A DNA stretch of 64,000 nt, from NCBI GenBank assembly GCA_965153285.1, contig OZ229115.1; one strand, written 5' to 3'. Below are positions 50,001-61,500 of this stretch, one piece after another; position 1 is the stretch's first letter; every line of letters starts with the position of its first letter. Source of the stretch: Podarcis tiliguerta. Taxonomy: Eukaryota. The notes under the pieces are model-generated. The model was given only the letters and a program-made list of their open reading frames with translations. It was not told where the DNA came from and made no database searches. Made by a program: the position numbers and the translations under genes.

Positions 50001-53000
50001 AAAACGGACAGCCTTACTGTTACTAGCTCTTGTAGAGAAATGGACTAAAAATCTCAGAATCCAGAAGGGTTGAAAATAATGCCCTGAGTCTTTTTCCCTC
50101 CCACATAGCTGCCCCATCTTAGAGCCCACAAATTCCAACCCACCTCACCAACCCCTTATTCCATTCTAGTCTTTGCCAAATGTTTCCAAGTAGTATGGAA
50201 ACCAAAGGGCAGCAAGGCAAATGCTCGTCAACTGACCAGCTAGTGTCTCAATTTTGACCCTACTGTATTATGGTCTCTGGGCAAACCTCAGGCTTGTGAG
50301 CTGATGAAGACCCTTCCAGGCCTATTTACTGGGTGTGAGGGATCTCCCAAGGCCATGTCCACTCTCCTCAGGTCACTTCCCCTGTTTCCATGCCATGTCC
50401 CTCACAGACCCTGCTTCACACCCTCTTTGAGGGCTTTTGCCTGGCTGGAATGTGTTCTTGGAACTGGGACAGAGTGTGCGGCTTGTCTTGTTGGAAGATG
50501 GAGATAAGTGGGTACAGAAACCTTGGGCTTTTGCAGAGTCACATCCATTGCTCTGCCTACTCCTGCCTCAAACTCTACCCACCATTGGCATGAGGCTTCC
50601 AAAATGTTGCCAGCAAGGAAATGCAGTCCTCAGCCTGAAAAATGTTCCACACCCCTGCTATAATCTATTATTCTCTTGGTCCCTCTGCTGAATTTGCCAA
50701 GGAGCAAGGTAGCTGGCATATTGTCTGAAGAGTGCTCAGAGATGCTACCCATCTAACATGGTGCAGACTGAGACCAGTTATTTAGGAGCAAATGGATTCC
50801 ACGTACGTGAAGTAAAACAGGTTATATTTCTACAAGGCTCTGTCAAGAGGGAACTGCAAAGCTGATAAAGAGGAGGATGAGAAGCTGCTTAAAGGATGGA
50901 TGTCCTATATCCCAATTGTGCTCCACACAATTCCAGGTCCCCTTTATTTCAATAATGATTTGAAGTGCAAGAGATCTCTCAAAAGCAGGAAAGACCACAC
51001 AGAGCTATCCCAGCCCCCTCAACCTTCTTACCAATTCCTGAGGCCGAAGGCTGATGAGAATCCGCTCGGCATTCTCACTGTCATGCCTGCTCTCCATCAG
51101 GGCCAGCAAAAGCTTGGAGGCATTGTCCTAATAACAAACAAAAGATACTGCAGTAAAGATAGATGGTTTCAACACACCATGTAGCCAGAGCGCACTCACT
51201 CTGCAGAAGATCAATCCTCCATCAAAGCTACAAGAGAAGTCAGGACTCCAAAGGGATGAGGGAGAGCAAGGAGGAACCAACACACACTATGATTGGGTGG
51301 GCAGTATTTGAGAGGCAGGAAGTGGACGAAATTTGGTGCATGCAAAACCCTGTTTTGGCACAAAGAGCTAGAATGATCACATTCAAATGCGTTCTAGTCT
51401 GACCATGAAATAATTGCATGCAGGAAGTCAACCCCCAACATGAAGCATCTCTTGCCATCCCATATCTCCCATCTCTCCCTGTCCCATCACCACATTTCCA
51501 GCCAAGCCATCTACCTTTAGCTGAAGAACCAAGTCCATTCGGTACTTGCAGAGGGGGCTGATGTCATTGAGGATCAGGGCTGTGATGATGTCTATGCCGT
51601 TTGACTCATGGGTCACAATGCAGCTCTGTGGGTTAATACAAGGGAGTTACTCAACTGGCTCACAGCCGACTCAAAATCTCTGCTCCTATTCAAATGCTGA
51701 GACATAAAAATTGATGCTCTATCCAGCATCTCCATATTCTGAGTGTGTGAATCAAGGTGAACTCACGATTTCACTGGATGATGGAAGCAATGTGATTTTA
51801 TCCACAAGTCAGTTGGGGTTACCTGGTTCTCATGACAGGGTCCCTGGCAATATTCTGTCAGTGTCTCCAGAGTCTGGGTGATGAGGGCCACGTTGTATTC
51901 ATTGATGTAGAGGCCCAACAAGCCCAGCCGTCCTGTGGTACTACCACACATAATATCCAGAAACTGCAGGGTTTCACACACCAGATTGTAGTTGGTTTTA
52001 TTGTTCTGACAGCGGAGGAAGTTCTGTGAAACCAAGAGCAGAGTTTAAGAGGCATCTCAGTGGCAGGCATCTTTTCAACAGCAGGCATCACTTGGATATG
52101 AGATATGCAGCAGAAGGGACCCATTTCAGTGCAAGATGCTCACCTGAAGATCCCGGTTGTGATTCTCACACAGCAGCTGCAGGAAGCGAAGAATTGGCTC
52201 CATGATCAAGACGGACACACCCATTTCATTGCTTTGGCTTCTATCCCTTGCATCATGGCCAGTCCGGAGCCCTACACCCATTGGATAACGGGATGGGGCG
52301 CTGGGCAGCATGAAAGATGTGACTCGTTCTGCAAGGAAATCAACACTTGGTTACTGGCTTAGCGTATGAGCTGTGGCAACCTGTCTGGAAGGCCTAAAGC
52401 CAGTCTGTCTGACTCTTCAGAAAAAGGACCCCCAACAGGCATCCCCCTTTGTTCCACTGAGCCTCTCCCTTCCTGTAAGCATCACCCAGCAGCTCAAGTG
52501 ATGTCCCCTTTTTGACACTCTGGAAGACTCGGCCACTGAAGACTTTGTTATGTGCTGACAGAAAGCTCACCCATTTGCTATTCTGGAGCATGGCTTCTAC
52601 CAGGAAGCTGAAATACCATGTGGTTTAGGCTGGCAACAGTGACACACACCAAGGATCCCTGCCCCCAGTAATTAGGTGTTTCCCTAATATAGTTATTGCC
52701 AGCCTGGATGACAGACAGCCTTTCACCTAAGCTGGGTGTTTCCTGGAGCTTTAGTTTATTAAGGACCAAGTTAACCCTACACTTGCAGAATGCTGAGGGA
52801 GCTGGTTTAAAGATCGATGGAGATAAAAAATTAGCACCCATACTGTTTCTCAGTGCAAGGAACCTTTATTTTCCCATGGAGGGCTGCATTCCTTCAGGAG
52901 TAATCTATGGGGGAATGCTTGCTGGTGATGGGCAGGGCCAAAGTCAGCGTGTGGGGGAGCGGGGTAGAGCAAAAAGTGGTTGGGGCACTTCTATCTCTAT

Positions 53001-56000
53001 CTCTCTCTCTCTCTCCTCTTCATCCACATGAGGTTGAGGGTTACATGTGACCCATAAACCACAGGCTCCTCTCTGCTGTCACAGGCTCTGGTGAGCCCAG
53101 AATAAACTGGGTTTCCACATACCTTTGCTGGTATGGTCTGGGGAGTCTTTGTCCTCACGAGGTTTGTTGCCAATATCGCTCATGTTCACAGTCACTGTAG
53201 ACTTGACTTCCTGCTGAGCTTTCTTCATCCGGTCATGCAGAACTTTAAAGAACTTTTCTGACTTCTTGTCACCCGTCATCAAGTTATAGAATGATTTCTT
53301 CAGAAAGGGTGGGAGGAACAGGGAAGGGGTTAGACACTTAGTCCTCCTTTCAGGCTTCCAATAAGCATTTGGGAAGCCGTTGCAAAAGAGCAGGGTGTTG
53401 GATTAATGGGCCTTTGGCCTGATCCAGTGGGGCTCCTGTTAGGTTCTTATCCTGCTAGGACCGACCATTTCTTCCAAGGCCATCTGAATTACCTTTAGCA
53501 ATCACAAGGTCTTCTGACAGGCAGTTCAGGTTTCATATTACAATTGGGATCTGATGGTCACAACACAAAATTCCTATCCTGTAGATTTCCACAAGCCAGA
53601 CTCATACTAAATTAACATTTTCCAGATTGTATCAAGAAGGGGGAAAAATAATGACCACAAAGAAAGGAAGGATACTCGGCAGAGGAAGTCCATGGCTTGG
53701 TCTGCACCATCAGATTTATAATATGACATCACGCTTCATCAACAATTTCCCTGAGAGGTAGGGAAGTTAAAATCTTACAAGATTTATGGTTCATGTTATA
53801 GTGGAGGAAAATTATACTCCCATCGGCTTTTCAAAAACTTTTAGAAAAGCTTAAATTAGAACAAAGTTGGATATGCGCATTTCAAAGTTAGTTATGCCCA
53901 GATTAGGTTTCTAAAATAAAGGAATGTTAACGGTAAAGTCAAATGTTGTCACAACATGCTATTTTAAAGATGCACAGTAGAGGGAGCAAAAGTTGTTTTA
54001 GAAAAACTATTACAGTCATACCTCTAGTTGCATACTGCTCTGGTTACGTAACTTTCAGGTTACGAACACAGCAAACCCGGAAGTGTTTACTTCTGGGTTC
54101 GCCGCACGCGCAGAAACGATCTGCACACTACGCGCAGTAGCGGCGCTCTACTTATGGACTTTTCAGGGTGTGAACAGCACCCCGAATGGATGGCGTTCAT
54201 AAGTAGAGGTACCACTGTACTACAGTTAGGCATCTCAAGGGTACGATTTTAAAGAAATCTGGCTAGATGTCTTACAACTCATATAGTCAACCAACTGATG
54301 TAATATTATTATTTTTTAAGGGTTAATTCCACCAAACATGTTTTGTGCTCGCTTGCTGGGGCACCCAAAGTCGTTGCTGCAGGATCACATTACACCATGG
54401 GACAGTCAAATTTGGTAGCTCTGTCCCTGCCACGGTTGAGATATGTACCCCACAGTCACAGTATGGCATTAGAAGTTAAACTGAATTTACACTAGGCAAA
54501 AAGTGAGCACTTGGGTAGTTATCTGAACTTAAGTGGAAGCTGTCGCAGCAGACACAAACCTGTATCTCTGTGTTGCCCCCGTCCAGCAGCCGTATGGCCA
54601 GGCGGATGCTTTCCTGAAAAATCTTCTCATTCTTGGTGTTCATGATGAGGTCAGACACCAGCTTGGTGGCCCCTTCTCTGTCCAGCCGGCACTGAATGGC
54701 AGCAATGACTGACCAATCCTGATCTTGGCCTATAGGCAAAAAGAACATTAGGGGAAGAGGGAGATGGAGGCAGCCGAACAGCTTAAAAATCATAACTTAA
54801 CAAATACAGGGAGGAAGGCTAATTCAATAGTTAATGTGTCACCCTCAGACATGGAAAAATACGGTGCTCCATTTAATTACTACCCTCGGGCGGTTTATGT
54901 GACTTTGGCCCAATCAAGCACAAAAAGATGCAAAAACCATTGATGCGATTAAACTGTATGAAGGGCTACATATCAGCTTAAGTAGCTGGTGATGGTGAAT
55001 AATTTGTATTTGCAAATAGTATTTGCTACCTTGGCTCCTCTATCCATCAGTTTTCTCTCTGCTTGGCCAGGGATAATAAACAGCCCCCTGGTTCACAGTG
55101 ATAGCTTTGAAGAGCGGAAGGTAAGGCCCAAGGCTCAGTGGTAGAGCACATCTCCTGCACATAGAAAGCCCCAGATCCAAGCTATGGCAGGGCTGAAACC
55201 ACGAGAGGGCCACTGCTAATCTGCACCAGGAAACCCTGATCTAGATAGACCAGGAGTCTGGTCCACAGTAAGCTGTATGCAACCAACATGTGCACCTTCA
55301 AGAACATCTGAAATGCCCATCCTATATCTGTGTCCTGCACATCTGAGTGGCAGAAGATGGATTTAAGGGATTCAGAGAAGGGATAGAGAGAAAATGACAC
55401 AAGAATGAGGAAGATGAAAGCCAGAACTGCAGGCCACTTACCAGTTCCAGAAGGGTCAACAATCTCCCCTTTGGAGCCAGACCTCTTGGTTTGCAGATAA
55501 TTAGACAAAAGCATTTTCCTCAATGTGTTGCCCTGGCATGAGAAAGAAGTATTTTGTATTTCAAACCATAACACAAAGTTATCTGGGTGGTTTACAGTAA
55601 AAAAAGGGGGGGGGGGAGAGAAAGGAAAGAAATATAAAACATAAAAGCACAAAGTCAAAATTAAACAAATGTTGAAAATACACAGATTAAAAACATGGAT
55701 TAAAAAACTGAGAGGCCCAATAACTGGTTTAGGAGGCTTAGGTAAATAGAAAGGTATCCACCTGGCACTCAGAAGTTAACAAAGATGATGCCAAGCAACC
55801 TCATTTGAAAAGCTGATCCATTAACAGTGGTGCCACTACCAAAAAGGCCCCTTCCCTGAGAATTACTCCCTTCATTTAGTGGAAGCACCTGGAGCAGGGC
55901 CTCCAAAGAGGATCCTAAGGTTCCAGTAGGTAAGTATGAAAGAAAGCTGACCACTGTAAGGAACAAGATGCTGGACTGCACAGACCTTTGGTCTAAGCCA

Positions 56001-58495
56001 GCAGAACTCCTCCTAAGTCTTTAATATTAATGATCCATTTCATTCAGGCTCTCAATGAATGAGTTAAACTCTGTGAAAAAGCAGTGACTGGACAGTTTTT
56101 GTGTAGTTAAGAGATGCAATGTCTTGTTACCAAGAAGGGGGATCCTCTCAGAACGTGGTAAAACAGGTCTGGCTCTTTGCCCAGAAAGCCTACCAGGGAA
56201 AACAGACTGAAAAAGTGAGTTTGCTGTGGAGGTACCTTATATGTGAGCCCAAACCTCCTCAGCCACTCACCCTCTCTCCATATTTGTTCCTCTTCATCAG
56301 CATCTGCTGCAGTGTCCTCAGCACCTTAATGCAAAGCTTCTCCTCACTTTCCATCAGGTCTTTGGTGTGCTGGACCAATCTAGCAACACAAGAAGAATTC
56401 CTCTCATTTCCACTACCAGTATGCACACCCACCCACAAGGAATGTTACAAAATACCTGTTCCTAAATAGACAAGTCCACAGGCCACATCCATCTTGCTAA
56501 CCAAGTCTCAAAGCCTTTAATTCTTTCATGCCAACACTTTTTATCTCCTCCTTCCAGGAGCAAAAAGTAAAATAGGTAAGGGTGGTTAAGTCCAGTCAAA
56601 TGGGGTTGCGGCACTCATCTCGCTTTCAGACCAAGGGAGCCAGCGTTTGTCCACAGACAGCTTTCTAAGCCATGTGGCTAGCATGACTTCCAAGACCCAC
56701 TTACTTGGAAAGGAAACCGCCACTTTCGCAACGCTGGTAGGCTTCCGTGCCTTCCATGAAAAGCAGTTCTGGGCGGTGCAAGACGTCCACCAGGACTGAA
56801 AGTTCAGCTTCTACCAGGGGCTGCAAGCGCTCCTCTAAGGAATTGATGATGTCCTGGAAAAGCACAGTGTCGTCAAGGCAAAGCTAGATGCAGCTAGATG
56901 AGATTAGGCTGCAGCAGCGTGACATTTGTTACTGAGCGCAGAATTCAGCATCCTGAATATCTTGGCTTTTGTAGGAAAAGGAAGATGCAAGTTTCTAGTT
57001 CTGAAGCCTGCAAAGAGAAACCTGAAAATGTGTGGGCACAGCCAGAGGGTAGGATATCAAGTACAGTGGTACCTCGGGTTAAGTACATTCATTCCGGAGT
57101 TCTGTTCTTAACCTGAATCTGTTCCTAACCTGAAGCACCATTTTAGCTAATGGGGCCTCCTGCTGCCGCCGTGCCACCGGAGCACAATTTCTGTTCTCAT
57201 CCTGAAGCAATGTTCTTAACCCGAGGTAATATTTCTGGTCTAGCAGAGTCTGTAACCTGAAGCGTTTGTAACCTGAAGCATCTGTAACCCAAGGTACCAC
57301 TGTATACGAAAGATCAGAGCTCCCATTTATGCAGGCTTCAGAAAGGCTGTCACCTTTTGGGCACACAAAATTGGGAGTTTCCTCAGAGTAGCGTTCAGAT
57401 TTTTATTTCTGACAGAAGCGCACCCTAAGCCCTTCCTTAGGGAGAAGCACAACCTGGATATCTTCCAAACAAGATCTCTTCTCAGTCCCTACCTGCAGCT
57501 TCTCAATGATGTTTTTATAGTCCCACTGGTTGGTTGTTGCAGAGACCCGAGGGAAAGTGCGTGAGGCTGTCTTGTAGTTGGAGGCATTCCTCTGTGCATT
57601 GCTGATGGAGGCACTGTTCAGCAGGGAGCTGACGTGGGCATCAAGGTCCATGGGTAACGCAATGGAGCGGCTCTTGGCTGAAAGGAGAGAAGGCTTACAA
57701 ACAAGGAAGGTGCTCCAAGGTACACCCAGGGAACCTGTGTGATACCCCACAGCCCTGGTTCTGGCAGATCACCCATGCCAAGCCTTCTTTGAAGAACTAG
57801 TAGACCCCATGTTGGAGACCACAGTTGGCCACCACTGATAGGAATTTCAGCCATGCAAGATCTCAGGTGCCTAAACTGCAAGGAGAGAAGATTTGTAGTC
57901 CATCCAAACCAGATCACTGAAGGATGTAGGTCTGATGGCTTTTCCTCATGTTGACCACAGGGGACAAAGCCCAGACAGTCCCCCTGACTCACTCAGCCCA
58001 AGACAGTTCCTTACCAACCATAGCCAGCGTGCGGATGCAAGCTTCCACTGAGCCCTTGTGTTGCTGCTGCAGCCAAGGACACTCCAAGAGCCTCATGGTA
58101 GACTGGAGGAGCTGCACCACAATAGTCTGGTGGGTCTGCAAGAGAGGTGAGGCATTTAAGGGGACTGTTTCAGCGCATTGCTTACACTGCTGTATCAGCT
58201 TCTATTTGGATACAATGAGACAAGGGGACCATGAGATCAGACTATAGGTGATCCATAGATCCTGGAGTTTTTAAAAGAATGTAACAGCAGCTGGGGAGGC
58301 CTGAACAGGATCAGGGCTGTGGTACTAGGGAAGGGTTAACCCTTTCCCTCCATACCATTTTCCCAAATCAAAATTGCAAAGTAGCAGTTTAACTCACAGA
58401 GGGAAAGATAAAAAGTATATTTTCCCCATGAAGCTAGCAGCAGCAGGTGGGGGATGCACAAATTGGATTAGGGAAAAGGTCAGGTGAAAAGGGAA

Positions 58496-58556
<61 letters not shown>

Positions 58557-61500
58557 TATTTATACCCCGCCCATCTGGCTGGGTTTCCCCAGCCACTCTG
58601 GGCAGCTCCCAACAGAATATTAAAAACACGATAAAACATCAAACATTAAAAACTTCCCTAAACAGGGCTGCCTTCAAATGTCTTCTAAAACTCATATAGT
58701 TTTATATTTCCTTGACATCTGATGGGAGGGCGTTGCACAGGGTGGGCGCCACTACCGACCCTCCACAGACCTGATCTGATTTTGCTGTATTTACATTTAA
58801 AAAACTAAGCAAGGTACCCAATCATGGATCTCCCACTGACTCGTCTAGTTACCCTTAGAACAGCAGCTTATCAAACCAACCTCTTACAGTGGTTTTGTTT
58901 TTCGATTCTAAACTTGAGTTGAGGATCCACTCAATTGCTGATTGCTATCCTGATTCAAGTGGGAGTGAAAGAAAGAATGATAATATAAAGTGTGCAAACT
59001 GAATCCTAATTTTTAGCTATGGAGAATATTCTACTTCTGCTTCAGCAGGTGACACTGAGCTTCTCAAATACCTTTTTAGCTGACAAAGTATAGGCCAAGC
59101 CAAATGGCATTCACCTTATGAATGCATCTGTCCTTCAGAAGAGAAGGGAAAGGCATGCTACAGCTGGCCTATGTAGACACAGAATTATACTGCAAATCTT
59201 GTTCCTTAGAAGTACTGGGACCAGTGACATCCTTCCCAGTTCACAATTATGGTCCTACGCTGGAACAGATTTGAGAACCTGAAGCCACCCATTTGTACCT
59301 GTAGCGAGGTGCTGTTTTCAGAAAAAGGAGAGCTGAAGAAAGCATGGATTGTGTCCAGCACCACAGTGAGTACATACTTCTCCAAAGAGGGATCCGCCAG
59401 GCGCTTCTCACGCTTCTTGCACACCTGTGGAGATGGAGATGAAAAAACAGGACCTTTCAAAGCACTCCTTCAACATTATCTTAGCAATCCTAACCACAAC
59501 CCTATAAGGTAGGTCAATATTATCATCCTCCCATTGCAGATAAGAGGCTGTGGCTGAGTGGCCTCCTTCAGGCCACCTAATGAGTTTGCGGCTGAGACAA
59601 GTTCTCAGTTTGAGACTCCTCAGCTCATGATTTAGTGCCACCATTCCACCAGAACTGTTGAGGCAGTGGATTATAGCTCATGGGACCAGAAAACAGAGCA
59701 TGGAGATAATATTTCCAGAGTCCAGGTGGCATCTGTGAGTCAGAAGACTGGCATCTCCTTCCCTAACCCCAAAGTCAGGGAACTGTGCAAAGTTTGCCTC
59801 TACCATGAATTACCAGTATTCTGTAATAGTAGGCCCTGGCTTGGGAGTTCCTAGCCTTGGGGCATACTGCCAAGCAGGAACAAATGTGCATTGCCTACAG
59901 TCATAATGGCACAGTATAATTTGAGGAAGCAATTTCTCGTCAGACGAAACACAAGGACAATAAAACAGCGTCCTGCTTGGAGGACGGCATACCAGCTCCA
60001 GCACAGTGAACAGTAATGAAGAGCCAAGACCATCTAGCTCAGCATTCTACCTTCCAGCTGGCCACAAGCCAAAGGGAAGTTCACAAGCAGGGCATATCAG
60101 GGATATCTATTCCCTCCTGACAGCCTCCGGCATTTGGTAGCCAGAGGTTTACCGTCTTCAAACTCTGAAGTCATGCTGGCTATTACAGCTAATCCATTTG
60201 CAACTGAGCACCAAGAAAATACAGAGCACTGTTTTGTTTTACAGCGCCCCAAATGAAAACTGTAATCAAAAACACATTGGGTTCCATAAATTATATTTAG
60301 TGCCCCTCTGAGGTTCTTTCTGCTCATTCCTACATTAATGCCACCCTGCCTTTTCATCATGGCTAAGCGCCACTAATAGACCCATCCGTCACATGTGGTC
60401 ACTAAATCCCATCAGGGTCTTTTTTGTTTTAATAAAACAGCTATTTTTGCTAATGGCCAACAAAGCACCTTCAGCAATGAATTCTACAGATGGATGAGGT
60501 GTTGTGTGACACTTCCTCCTTCCGCCAATTCTTCAGCTGACTAGCTGTTCATATAACTGCCGTCAGCGAAACATCAGGCTTATGCTATGAGCAAAAGGAC
60601 TTCCTTTTCACAAAGGGCAGTGGGAACCTCTCTCCCTAGTCCCATTATCCCAGCCATGCTATTTAGGTACCAACACTTGCCCTGGCCATGTCAAGAGTGA
60701 AGTTTTCAAACAGCGTCCAGATGTGGTTGCTAGTGTAGATCTCCTTCATCTCCACCTCTGTGTCCACGTAGCAATGGTTGACAAAGTTGACGTAAGCAAT
60801 CTTCACCTGAAAGAGAAGAAGGGATGGGTCAGAAGCCCCTGCCTGGAGTGGGATGAGAAGAGGCAAGGCAAGAAGCCTCCACACTTATCCCTTCAGACTT
60901 CATAGGAGCATCTCTGTTTATATTGGTACCCCCATATGCTTCCCTGAACCCCAATCCACATCTGTACACGAAAACGGAAAAGGGGGATTTGAGCCAAAAA
61001 AGGGGGCTACTTCAGCATCTAAACACTGCTGCAAAGAGCAAAGGGTGCCCAAGATGCATTCTTACAACTCCGTGATGAAGATTAGACTTCTTGATGGCCA
61101 AATGAAGCTTCCATAATCAGAGGAATTATGCCACTGCATAGCAGTTACTGGAGACCAATAGCAAGAGACAAATATTGCCTTCATGTTCTGCTTGCTGGCT
61201 CTTCAGAGGCAACTGGCTGGCCAGTAGGAAGCAAAGCGCTGGTTTGATGGACCCCTGGCCTGATCCAGAGGGATGCTGCTTATTCTTACAGTGACTGGCT
61301 ATAAGGTCGCCCAGTGGGTATCATGGCCAAGCAGGGAATGGTTCATGTCTGACACTATCCACCACATCACACTGGGGAATAACCATCTCACATGCATTTG
61401 AAAAGCAGATTTTCCTTTGTTTGGAATCGTGACTCTCCCTAGAAGGGCAGCAACCTGGAATACAGGAACAACCACAAAGCCACAGCCTTTCAGCACCTGC

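Noticed and set aside
58484-58699. Poly-Asn ORF
   Set aside because: Translation of an (AAT)n microsatellite and LINE tail
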